A stretch of DNA of 62,815 nt, counting the filler, from Pirum gemmata (lineage: Eukaryota), in assembly GCA_002812295.1 (NCBI GenBank). It is 17 parts of 17 records of this genome, joined end to end, with 100 filler letters (N's around TTAATTAATTAA, not from the genome) between each part and the next. Parts side by side here need not be neighbours in the genome. Positions count along the whole stretch, not along the records: positions 49,134 to 52,362 come from PDIN01002495.1; positions 52,463 to 55,720 come from PDIN01002496.1; positions 55,821 to 59,289 come from PDIN01002497.1; positions 59,390 to 62,815 come from PDIN01002498.1; 13 more parts are not named here. The stretch is one strand, 5' to 3'. Positions 51,361 through 62,815 of the stretch are shown piece by piece (within the stretch, counting starts at the first letter, position 1; every line of letters begins with the position of its first letter). Below the pieces are notes generated by a model. That model was given only the letters and a program-made list of their open reading frames with translations, made no database searches and was not told the origin of the DNA. Made by a program: the position numbers and the translations under genes.

Positions 51361-51483
51361 GCATCATGTGACTCTCCGGATTTTAAAAAAATTAAACCAA
51401 TTAAATTAAAAAGCTAATCACAAGCAAACTTTGTTATTGAATTTTTTTTAATTTTTTAAAAAATCTGGAGAGTCACATGATGC
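51361..51483. mobile_element. Small fold-back/MITE element
   Basis: gcatcatgtgactctccggatttt ... aaaatctggagagtcacatgatgc (24-bp inverted repeat, 1 mismatch), followed directly by (CCCTAA)n. Confidence 0.75.
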
Positions 51484-51604
51484 CTAACCCTAACCCTAAC
51501 CCTAACCCTAACCCTAACACTCCCTAACCCTAACCCTAACCCTAACCCTAACCCTAACCCTAACCCTAACCCTAACCCTAACCCTAACCCTAACCCTAAC
51601 CCTA
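51484..51604. repeat. Interstitial (CCCTAA)n array
   Basis: Visible directly. Confidence 0.92.
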
Positions 51605-52478
51605 CTACTTAATTTTAATTAATGGTTTATAATGTTATATTAATATGATTCACTTTCCAATGTGTTTGATTGTTTTATTCTTTTAACTTCATCATCATCA
51701 TCATATCACTCATTTTATTATCAAAAAAATCATCGTATATATAATGCTTTCGTTTTAGCTGATAAATCTTTTATATTAAAATCTGGGTTCATAATATTAT
51801 GTTTAAAATCCTATAATAAAGCTTTTTAGCAGCATCATCATAATATAAAAATAGTTTTTTAAAAAAAATTAAAAATTATTAAAAATTTAAAAAAAAAAAT
51901 AAAAATTTAAAAAAAAAATTAAAAATTTTAAAAAATTAAAAATTAAAAAACGATATTATATTAGTGGCTATCAGATAATATAAATTACTAATAATAGTCT
52001 TTAGAAATTAGAACTGACAGCAAACTTGTAATCGATCTACTAGAGAGACTATGATGTAAAATAAACATACCAAATTATTATTATCGGACACATTTTAATT
52101 AATTTGGTAACTTATAAACAAGCTCAATTATACATTTTAACAGTACCAAATTAAAGATTGCCAACTCTAGGAAGCTTTATGAGAGGCTGATGAGCCTGGT
52201 ATTGGTTGACTATTGGTTGGTAGTTTACAACACATAATGATAATTCCATATATAGTATAATATTCTACATTCCACTAGACAAATTCCACAATATCTACCT
52301 CAGCAAAGGAGGGATGAGATGACGTCATTTTACTAATTGAAGGCTCTGGTACCAAAAGTTCGNNNNNNNNNNNNNNNNNNNNNNNNNNNNNNNNNNNNNN
52401 NNNNNNTTAATTAATTAANNNNNNNNNNNNNNNNNNNNNNNNNNNNNNNNNNNNNNNNNNNNCCTCAGTAATAATAAT

Positions 52479-52510
<32 letters not shown>

Positions 52511-52702
52511 ATGGGTTAGGGTTAGGGTTAGGGTTAGGACTAACTAGACTTTGACTAAACAATATGCTAAATAAAGCTGAAATAAAGCTAAATAAAGTAA
52601 CTTAAGAGGCACACCAGTTTCTAAAGACGTTTTTGCAGACGTTTTTTGAGTTGATGAAAAGCTGATAATTGTTTCTTAATATAGGTGATATAGATGCACG
52701 GT

Positions 52703-52986
52703 AACCCTAACCCTAATTATTATAACCCTAACCCTAACCCTAACCCTAATTATAACCCTAACCCTAAACACTAACCCTAATTATAACCCTAACCCTAACC
52801 CTAACCCTAACCCTAACCCTAACCCTAACCCTAATTATAACCCTAACCCTAAACACTAACCCTAATTATAACCCTAACCCTAACCTTGATCCTGACCCCA
52901 ACCCTAACCCCAACCCTAACCCTAACCTTGATCGTAACTCTAACCCTAACCCTAACCCTACCTAACCTTGATCCTAACCCTAACCA
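52703..52986. repeat. (CCCTAA)n array with recurring TTATAA / ACACTAA / TTGATC variant units
   Basis: Higher-order unit ccctaattataaccctaaccctaaacactaa occurs twice; ends ~65 bp before the Fanzor start. Confidence 0.9.
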
Positions 52987-53049
52987 TAAAAGTAAGAAAA
53001 ATAAAATTATTATAATTAAATAAAAAAAAATTAAATAAAAGTAAAAAAA

Positions 53050-55051
53050 ATGTTACTAAAGTATAATAATAATTTTAATACTAAATAGTAAAAGATGGTT
53101 GCCCAGTAATAATATTATCACTAATCCTTACTTTGCACACTTTAATGACAATGATAAATATCAGGAACCCAAATGATCACATGAACATCCAGACCGAACC
53201 TAATACAAACTTTTATTATGATAGGCATGCTGCCAATTTTTATTACGATAGTAGTGAACAACAACCTTACTTTCTTAATCAATGTAAAGCAGCTAATGAT
53301 TTTATTTATGGTACTAAACAAAATAGATATATATATTAATAATTTATTAAAAACTAAATTTACTAGGGTAGTCAATAGTATAAAATCCAGATTCAATATT
53401 AATACTAATCCACCCAAGAAACAATTTGGATAAAATATTATTAATACAACCAGTCTTTAAGTAAACATCATGTAGTTAAAAGTGCTTGTACTTTTGATTC
53501 CAAGTATAATCGTAATACTTGTGTTTTAGTTAATGATGAGTTATTAAGTAATAGTGAACGAATCCAAAGTATCTTCAAACTAATTAGTAAACTTTACAAT
53601 AGTATTTATAATCGCATGATTTTCTTGTATTGTAAGCAATGTAAAGAAAATCAACAACAGCAACACCACAACAAAGTTCAAGAGTTTTACACTAAAAAAC
53701 AACAATTAATTAATAAATAAACACAAGAAAAAATTAACTAAAACTAACTATAAAAAACTAACTAAAAATCAAAAACGCAAATACAAACAATACTTAAAAA
53801 AGATTAAAACTAAATATAATATTATGTAAAATTTAGTAATCAATATAAATGTAATGTATTTAATGCCGATAACAAAACTAATATGTCTATGATGAGAGAT
53901 TTGAAAAAAGTTAATAATCTAACACGTTATGAAAACATTATTAATACTAATTAAACAATAACTGAAACAATTGAATTTTACTACTTTAGATAGTACTCTA
54001 GATAAAGCTTATGATAACTTAGTTAGTATAATCAAACAACAAAAGACTAAAGAACAATATTTTTTTTAATTTGAAATTAAGAAGTAGAAAAAACAATTTA
54101 ATATTTTTCTTCAAAAATTTTATTATTAATCAACGTGATTATGATAAGCAGAACATAAAAAGATTATTCACTGAATTACAATAACCAGCAACCTGAATCT
54201 GAGTTTTATTTTATTTATAAAAAAAACAACACAAGAAGTGGCACTTAAACTGTAATGTGGAATATGATTTGAAGCAAAGCATCAATAGTAAAATAACCAC
54301 AACAAAAAGAATAGTGGGCAGTGATCATGGTGTTCACGTTCGTAAGTGGTTTGCAACGTATCAATTGAATGATAATATTTATCAACAACATCACTTTAGT
54401 AAGAACCTCAAGAAAAAAATTATTGCTAATAGTAAATTACAAAGACAAGTGAACCACCTCTTTTAAGTTATACCCGAAATTTGAAAAATCGAGATGTTGA
54501 AGAGGATGATTATTATTATTCTTTACAACAATTGTTTACACCTAGTTATAATTACAAAGTACATGATGATAATTATTTTTTTAAAAAACTTAAAAAAGCA
54601 AGAATCGCTAAAGCTAGCTAGAATGCAAAGTAAAGTGTCTAACTAATATGTTAAAAGATGCGCACTACAAGATTGCACGCTGGTTTTTTGATAGTAATGA
54701 TGTCGTGGTTTTAATTTCAGTGAAATGATTAAGAAGAAAGAGAAAAGAAGACGTAGAAAGATCGGAAAGAAAACTGTCAAGGACTTATTAACGTGTGCAC
54801 GTGGTTTCGCTATGTTTAAAGAACGATTAAAAAAGAAGTAGCTGAAAAAAGTTATACAGTTGTTATTGATAGTTATGAACCATATACGTCTAATACTTGT
54901 CGTGAAGGTAAACGAATCACAATCATTGGTAGTAAAGAAGTATTTAAATGTGGATATGAAGAGCTGAAGATATGAAGAGTGTGGTTTAGTTTGTGATCGT
55001 GATGAAAGCTCTGCTTTTTTAAATACTATAGTCATATGCATGTTTGTTTAG
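53050..55051 (+). pseudogene. Fanzor (eukaryotic TnpB-like RNA-guided nuclease), IS607/Fanzor2-like, decayed
   Basis: Frame-hopping translation: RIVGSDHGV(HV)RKWFATY (RuvC-I, D at 54323), MLKDAHYKIARWFFDSNDVVVL, FSEMIKK..RRKIGKKTVKDLLT...FAMFKERLKKK, VIDSYEPYTSNTCREG (E at 54877), GSKEVFKC, CGLVCDRDESSA (D at 55001). Start codon is approximate. Confidence 0.88.
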
Positions 55052-55144
55052 TTTATTAGTTAATTAAACAAAAAAAACCAAACGTTATAGGTAATTCTCA
55101 CCTCCTACATACAAAAAAGAATATGGATAATTGTCACTTATAAT

Positions 55145-55378
55145 AGTAGGGGTGAGATGACGTCATTTTATTATTACCGAACAGCTGCCGGAACTTTTCT
55201 GATTTTATGGTTTTAATTACTATTAATGTTAATTCGTATTACTTTAATTGGTATCTACTATAATTAGTTTTACTATTTTAAGCTATTTAACTGCTATTAT
55301 TAGTAAAGAACAAGGAACTAAGGTTGGCTCGATAAGCATATGTTCGAAAAAAGTTCCAGTAGATATCTCACCCCTACT
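55145..55378. mobile_element. MITE family B, full copy with 8-bp TSD CTTATAAT
   Basis: cttataat at 55137-55144 and 55379-55386; perfect 14-bp TIR. Confidence 0.95.
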
Positions 55379-55412
55379 CTTATAATTTAGGGTAATAATG
55401 TAAAGACACACC

Positions 55413-55614
55413 AGGAGGGATGAGATGACGTCATCTTACTAATTGGACGCTCGGACTAGCGAACTTCCAGAAATTTGCCTAAAGTTACTATAAATAGTAT
55501 AATAAACTCTTTTTAAAGTAACTACTTAAATAGGTAGCTACTAAATAAATAATTACAAATACGAAATATGGTAAGGCGAAACAGGCGAACAACATAAGGG
55601 TTCTCACCCCTCCT
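55413..55614. mobile_element. MITE family C, full copy with 8-bp TSD GACACACC
   Basis: gacacacc at 55405-55412 and 55615-55622; ends AGGAGGGATGAGA / TCTCACCCCTCCT. Confidence 0.93.
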
Positions 55615-56864
55615 GACACACCCTATAAAAAAAACTAAGAAATAGTTTTGAAATTATTCTTGTTTTTTGGGGTCAAGTACATAGTAGAGTATACCACATG
55701 ATAATAAGAGTAACCATAAANNNNNNNNNNNNNNNNNNNNNNNNNNNNNNNNNNNNNNNNNNNNTTAATTAATTAANNNNNNNNNNNNNNNNNNNNNNNN
55801 NNNNNNNNNNNNNNNNNNNNTAATAATAAATAATAATAAATAAATAATAAATAATAATAATAATAATAACAATAACAATAATAGTATAATTTTAGTTCCG
55901 GAAGTTTCTGGACCCCTAGCCTAAGAGACTATAGCTACATAATATTATAGCTACTTTTATTTATCAATTAAACCTAACAAAAGAGGCTCCCAGATGAGCA
56001 TAATAATTTAATAATAATAACAATATTAATAACAGTAATAAAAATTGAAGCTTTTATTAAAAGAATAAAAACAATAATAGCAATATTAATAGTACATTAT
56101 AGCAATTTTTGGTTTTCTAGCAATTGAATGTTTTTGGTTTTCTTGCCAGTTGTAACTTGTCAGCAGTTTCTTGTTAATTAAAGATAGTTATATATAAGTT
56201 TCAATTATATCTAATTATATATTACTACTACTACTACTACCATTACTACTACTACTACTACCGTTACTACTAGTACTACTGCTACCATTACTACTACTAC
56301 TATCATTATTACTACTACCATTACTACTACTACTACCACATAACTATGACCAAAATAAACATATAAACAATAAACAATACAAACTTAATGTTGTGGTCAT
56401 AACCATAATAATAACAACAAAAAAAAGAAAAAAATATACTATTACTTATAAATAATAATAAACCTAACTATATATGATAATAACAATAACAATAACAATA
56501 ACAATAACAATAACAATAACAATAAACTAGGATTGTAACAACAATTCTATTGAAAATCAAACAATACCAATCTACCCCCTTTTGTATAAAGGTATTTTTT
56601 TTGTTATAAAAACAGCAATAATGCGTGTTATTAACAACAACAATAATAGTAATAATAATATTATTGTTTTAATTGTATTGAAAATCAAGCCTAACTTTTT
56701 TTACCTATAATTCCTCATCAATAATTCCAGAATTAACTGAAACTAAAGGGTACTCCAAATACTTCTAATATAACTTATTAACTATATTATTTCTCTTTCT
56801 AATTAAACAATTTTTTGGTTTCATCATTAAATTTTTTCTTGAAAGGAACACAATTAATAATAAC

Positions 56865-56902
<38 letters not shown>

Positions 56903-57080
56903 GGATGACAATATTAATATTAAATGATATAATAACAACAACAACATTCGTACAAATTATCACAACAAAATAACAACAACGTGAATGTTAATTAACATCA
57001 TTCGACAAATGAGTAAAAAACAAAATAATATTATAATAGATTGTGATATTGTTGCTATTGTTCATTAAATTATATTGTCA

Positions 57081-57120
<40 letters not shown>

Positions 57121-58942
57121 TATATATAATAAACAGGATGACAATATTAAATGATAATAGCAAGAACATTCGTACCAATGATCACAACAAAATAAGAACA
57201 ACGTTAATTAACATCATTCGACAAAATTTAATGAGTAAAAACATTAAATTATATAATATAATTGTGTATTAGATTTATATTTCTAGTCACCGAACTTGAT
57301 ATTTGTTTGATTTTTGTTTACCTGGTTTAATCTTTTTTGACTTGTTTCATCTTCATTATGTACATTTATGCTACAATTTGGTTATTGAAATATCATAGCT
57401 ATTAACAATATTACTAGAAAAACCTGATTGATCTAGTTTATGTATCTTTTATTGGCTAACCTTTCAAATGAGAAGCTAACGAACGAATCATGATTTTTAT
57501 TAAGTGCTGACTAAAAACTAAAAAGTAAAAAAAAAAAATAGTAAAAAAATGCTCTTTGTTCTTTACTTGTTATTTTTTTTTCTGGAACTTCTTTCGGCGA
57601 ATTAGAAAAATAAAATTAGATTTATTGAGCTTCATGATAAGCTAAAAAAATAACCGTATGGTACAAAAAAGCTAAAAAGATCCTAAAAATAAAAGTCCTG
57701 CCATTTTTTTTTTAATTCAAATCTATTTTTTAAAAAATACCTATTATGCATCATACATTACTGATGTTCGGAAACTTAAAATTCATAAAAAGTTAGTCGT
57801 TTTTTTAAAAATCGTTTACATTATATTATTATTCATTCTAAAGACTAGACTATCATAATATAGTCATAATAATATGCATCTATCAAAGACTCAAAAAAAA
57901 AAAAAAAAATCCTATGCATAATGATTGAGAACTTGAACTCCTTGGTGACTAGGAGATGTATAAAATTGTTTTGTCATCATAAAATATACACTAAAGTGTA
58001 CCAAATTAATACAATATAAATCCATTTTATTTAATTTGGTATATTTTATAATCTAATTATTAATTTAAAAATATCTATTTTTTTAAAAATATTATAACCA
58101 ACAAAATAAATAAATGTATGCATAGTATGATATCAACACCCAAGGAACATTATTCGCCAGTGAGTCCGTGATGACGCAAGTAAAAATTCGGATCATTAGT
58201 AGGTTAGAACATGTTCGAAAGTTTTGAACATGTACACAAAAAAAAAGGGGAGGAAAAAAAAAAAAATATGGATGGATGATAGTAAAAAAAAGTAGGAAGT
58301 TTTTGCTGTTTGCACCACACCATCCATTATAAATCCATTATAAAACAACTTTTTAGACAGCTTTATCGATACTTGCTATAGTCTACTTGATACATCTTTC
58401 GAGCGAATCAGAAAAAAAAGTATGTAGAAGATACCAAAAGCAAGCAACATTATTCGTCAGTGAGTCAGTAGTGCCAGCACAGTGACGCAAGTAAAAAATT
58501 TGGAATAATTTTTTCGTTTTTATCTCTCTAGATAATTGGTCTGATTATCTGATGCGCTCGTTGGTCTAAATTAGGAATCAAGTGATAGAACTCTGGTGAC
58601 TTCTGGTCTACTACTAATATAGACTAAGTGGAGTAAGTGGACTTCTAGCTAGCTAGTCGATATGTGTTACTATAGTCACTTTATTATAGTGGCTTATATA
58701 TGTGGTCTAGGACTGATAAAGATTGGCCATGATAGTCCTACCTAGTCCTGCTCCGCAGCCCTCGGTCCCTCACTTTTTTAGATTGGCCATGATAGGCCTA
58801 CTACTCACTTTTATAAATAATATTACGCTGAAAAAATAAATAAACACTTTTAACAGGCTAAAAAGGAACCCTCTGTTTAACTACTGGTAGGCAAATTAGA
58901 TTATTATATATAGAAAAAATATCGTATTTAAAAAAAAAGGTA

Positions 58943-58984
<42 letters not shown>

Positions 58985-59772
58985 TTTGTAAGTTCATGAA
59001 TGTACTTTGGTATAAGTTTATAATAATAATTATGATTTGATTCTCGTTCGGTTTTAACTTCTACTTTTCATAATAATAGTTGTAGAAATATTGGTTTTTG
59101 ACTTTTAATAAATTTGTTCCTAATATTATTTATGGCGTTATAGTCTAGTCGTTTGTTATGGAAGTTGTTGGAGTTTTGGCTCGAGTTAGACAGGGTCCCC
59201 AGCGCTCTGAGCTAGTAGGGACTTAGCGAGGATAGCTATCTACAGATATATATCATTTAAAAAAAAATTATAATAATTATTTAATAAAANNNNNNNNNNN
59301 NNNNNNNNNNNNNNNNNNNNNNNNNNNNNNNNNTTAATTAATTAANNNNNNNNNNNNNNNNNNNNNNNNNNNNNNNNNNNNNNNNNNNNTAATAGTAATA
59401 GTAATAGTAATAGTAATAGTAATAATGGTTATAATAGTAATAATTGTAATTGTAATATTTTTTAAAACATAGTAGTAACAATAATAACAATATTTTATAT
59501 TATAACAACCCACCCAGCCCAGCAAACCCCAGTTTTAATATGAAGAGACGGGGGGAATGACCACGCTTCTTATTTTTGGAAGCCGTTACGATTGGAGTGG
59601 GTGGGGGCTATCAACCGGTTAGGGTTAGGATAGTATAGAATGGGGGTGGGGGGTGACCACGCCTCTCATTTTTGGAAGCCGTTGTGGTTGGAGTGGGGTA
59701 GTGGGTAGGGGTATCAACGAACTAGGCTGAGGGTAGTGTAGGATAGGGGGGTACGTACTTTCTGGACTGTCC

Positions 59773-60220
59773 CTGGGAGATATGGGTAAACAGAATCGAA
59801 TCAAGCAGCTCGATCCTAATTATTAAATAGTGACAATTTTGACATGATGTTCTCTTTTTTTTCGAGTTTCAAGTTTTTTTTTTTATGAAATTTCTAAGAA
59901 TTTTCAAGAATTTTTTAATGAAATCTAAAGTGAGTCAATACTTAGAAATTAGATCGAAAAATTTCGAACTAGTTTCAATTCGATAGTTTTTCCCGCATCT
60001 CCCTGTGTGGAACAGAGGGGTATTTTTTAGTATTTTTTTTTTTTATTAATTTTTACTACCTGGGAGATGTGGGAAAAACCATCGAACCGAGACTAGTTCG
60101 AAATTTTTGAAATTTTTCGATCCAATTTTATGTATTGACTCACTTTTGAAACTCGAAATTCAAAATGCTCCCTATTTAATAATTAGGATCGAGCTGTTTG
60201 ATTCGATTATGTTTTTTTCC
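59773..60220. mobile_element. MITE family D: one full copy (59773-60005) plus an inverted partial copy (60060-60220)
   Basis: Ends gggagatatggg / cccgcatctccc; shared interior aatcgaatcaa.cagctcgatcctaattattaaatag; partial copies at 8598-8700 and 3579-3676. Confidence 0.8.
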
Positions 60221-60695
60221 AAAAGATAGTTTTTGAAATTGTAGGCATTAGTGACGAGTGAGTTTCTGCTTTGCCTTGCATAATTGTAGGTAGGTTGGAG
60301 TGGTGGTAAATTTATTATTTAAAAGTATGCTTAAGGACATGCAAAATACCTGATTGAAATATATATATTTCAAATTCAACTCGTATCTTATTTTTTCAAT
60401 GGAATTGTTTTTTCTCCTTTTTGGTACCCTTTTGAAAAAAGACTTGCCAAATTATTTTAAATTTATTGATTAATTAATTGATAAATTTTGATATTTTTTA
60501 TATTTATTAGTTTTTATTAAAAAACACAGATTTTAAAATTCGAATTACCAAACAAATACCAAAGGGACATATAATCAATATTAAATGCATCAAAGTTAAT
60601 ATGATTAAAAAATCGTCAATATTATTTAATAAATTATTATTATTATTATTATTATTATATATCTTTTTTCAAACTCGTATTATTTATAATAAACA

Positions 60696-60888
60696 TCATT
60701 GAACTAAGGAAGTAGTTAATAATGGTAACGTAACAATAAGGCAAACCACAACAACTATAGAACCATAAAATGTATGCTCGAAAAACCCAACTATGACCGG
60801 TTGATGGGTTTTCTTGTTTTTTTTGGGTGTAGAAACACTACTATTATTATTATTATTATTATTATGTTGGGAATTATTACTAACGGTG

Positions 60889-60969
<81 letters not shown>

Positions 60970-62681
60970 TTAGGACTAGTTTCACTCATACTACCCACAA
61001 CTGTATTACTAATCTCATTATTATTATAGCTATTATTACTATTATTATTATTATCATGATCACAATCAATTTCAGGCTGAGAAGTTTCTCTTATTAAAGT
61101 TCCATATATAATAAGCTGTGTAATTGATCCATTTGGGGTTAACGCACCTCCTATACCAGCCACAACGGCCACAAAAAAGTAAGTTTGATTCTGACTAACG
61201 CCATTCACAGCTAGATTGACAACTTGCGGAGCTAAAATAAACACAGCAGGTACATTGGACACTAATTGCACATAAGCTAAAATAATGATAGTCAAAAAAA
61301 TCATTGGCCCTGCTTCTGTAACTGATATATAGGGTTCAACAAGGTTAAAAAACCAGATTGGTACTCCGGTATCAATGAAAGCTTGCATAGTTACAAAAAT
61401 ATACATTATGTAATAGACCACGTGATGGTGAATTGAAAGCGAGATTAAACTATGGAAATCTTGTCCAGCAAGAACTAGAGCAATGACAGCCCCGCTAAAA
61501 GCAACAAGGCCAAATTCCAAATTAAAAAAATAGCAAATAATGACTGCTACAATGACGAAGTAAATATAATACTGATAAAATAAGCGTTTTAAGAACTTAA
61601 ATCGTTTGCTAAGTTTGGATTCTGAGGAAGAGGAAGAAGATTTGATGGGCTTGATTATTTTTTCTTCTTCGTTGTAAACAGTAAAAGTATTAATTGAAAT
61701 GGGTGTCTCGAGGTTTTGACCGGACGACACCGAGGACATTGGGTGTGAATTTTTTTGTCTTAAACTATTATTAGTGGAGTTGATGCTAGGAAGAGGTTGT
61801 AATTCCACATTTTCATGAATACACTCGGGTTTGCTTTTTTCATTGTTTGCATTAGCGTTAGCATTATTACTACTGCTACTACCACTATTCTGGTGATTAC
61901 TTTCAATTCTAGCTACGTTATCACCATCAACATTGGTTGATTCGGCTGTAACAATTAATTTGCGATAAAACATAATCAAACATACAAACAAACTTAGAAA
62001 GACATTAATGACCCATATTACCACTACTCTCGAAAAAAAGAAAGAAAATGACATACCTGTATCGTTGGCCTCACCAAATAAAACTACTAAAGTATTCCCA
62101 GGATTTCCAACTGGGGTTAGAAAACTACCAATGTTACAAGCAATCGACAAACCAATGCTATAAGCTTTTAAGTCTAAGTTATGTTTTTTACTGTAATCGA
62201 TGGTTGGTTTAGCTAAGCCTAACGCTGCAGTATCCCAACCCAAAAACGCAGCATAAACTGTCGTAAATAGGTATAAGCTTGCAAATTCTAATAATTGGTA
62301 TTTAGCTTTTCCACCTTTATAATCACCATTTTCATTACGAACTAAGTTAAAGATAAAGCTGTTGAAAAACTTTGAATGCAAATCTGCTCGTGTTTCCAAA
62401 AAATACACAAAAACCATGTTACCAATAACCACAAATAATAGCGGTAAATTACAACCAATTACATTGTACACTGTTTCAACTTTAATTACAACAAATATTA
62501 CCATTAGCGTACCAGCAACAAGGGTGGCACCAGGCCTCCCAACCCAATTATAACGTGATTGCGAATTATTAATAATTAAAAACAAACAGAACCAGATACA
62601 ACCGACAACAACCTTGTATGTATTGCTGTTAATGCCTTCTGGCATTTCTATGGCTGCACAGCCTGCTATTTCGAGTCCCAT
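60696..62681 (-). CDS. ArsB/NhaD (ion-transporter superfamily) permease, Lsi2-like
   Basis: VGRPGATLVAGTLMV, CNIGSFLTPVGNPGN, LVSNVPAV, GGALTPNGS correspond to Lsi2/ArsB-family motifs; multiple TM helices; intronless with poly-S/N inserts. Confidence 0.85.
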
Positions 62682-62784
62682 GTTTTATTGTTTTATAGTT
62701 TTATTGTTCTTTGTTTGATTTTGTTTGTTTTTGTTTTGTTTTTTGTTGTTTAACAAAGAGTTACAAAAAAATCATAACCTTTCT

Positions 62785-62815
<31 letters not shown>

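Noticed and set aside
51650..51860. Coding-like minus-strand stretch (DDAAKKLYYRIL...NIKDLSAKTKALYIR)
   Set aside because: Too short and broken to assign to any family.
52307..52463. Family C left end just before the Fanzor piece as the Fanzor element's left TIR
   Set aside because: Separated from the Fanzor by an artificial linker, so not physically linked.
54643..55041. 132-aa minus-strand ORF
   Set aside because: Antisense shadow of the Fanzor RuvC region; likewise the antisense ORFs over H1, the glycosyltransferase and the transporter.

Overview
AT-rich eukaryotic draft-genome sequence made of 17 short pieces (about 3.2-5 kb) joined by an artificial N-run/TTAATTAATTAA/N-run linker, so adjacency across linkers means nothing. 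GT-AG introns, a winged-helix histone H1, a KDEL-ended GRP94 and TTAGGG repeats suggest an opisthokont, possibly a unicellular holozoan (inference). Host genes or gene parts: PTPA first exon, a lactonase-like beta-propeller, a MYND-finger gene, histone H1, an intronless three-domain glycosyltransferase, the AMP deaminase 5' exons, a TLC-domain protein, the GRP94 3' exons and an Lsi2/ArsB-type transporter. The strongest signals lie outside the ORF track. (1) A ~2 kb decayed Fanzor (eukaryotic TnpB-type RNA-guided nuclease, IS607/Fanzor2-like) at 53050-55051, with all three RuvC acidic residues still readable. (2) MITEs with 5'-AG...CT-3' termini and 8-bp target duplications, plus matching empty scars of the form 8bp-AGCT-8bp; with TA-NN(N)-TA scars these plausibly explain the pervasive 'tagctagct' intergenic texture and many pseudogene lesions. 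(3) A decayed, tightly packed giant-virus-like gene cluster at 3742-5453. (4) Many interstitial TTAGGG arrays, some starting exactly where an element is truncated. All family assignments come from recognising motifs by eye; no searches were run.
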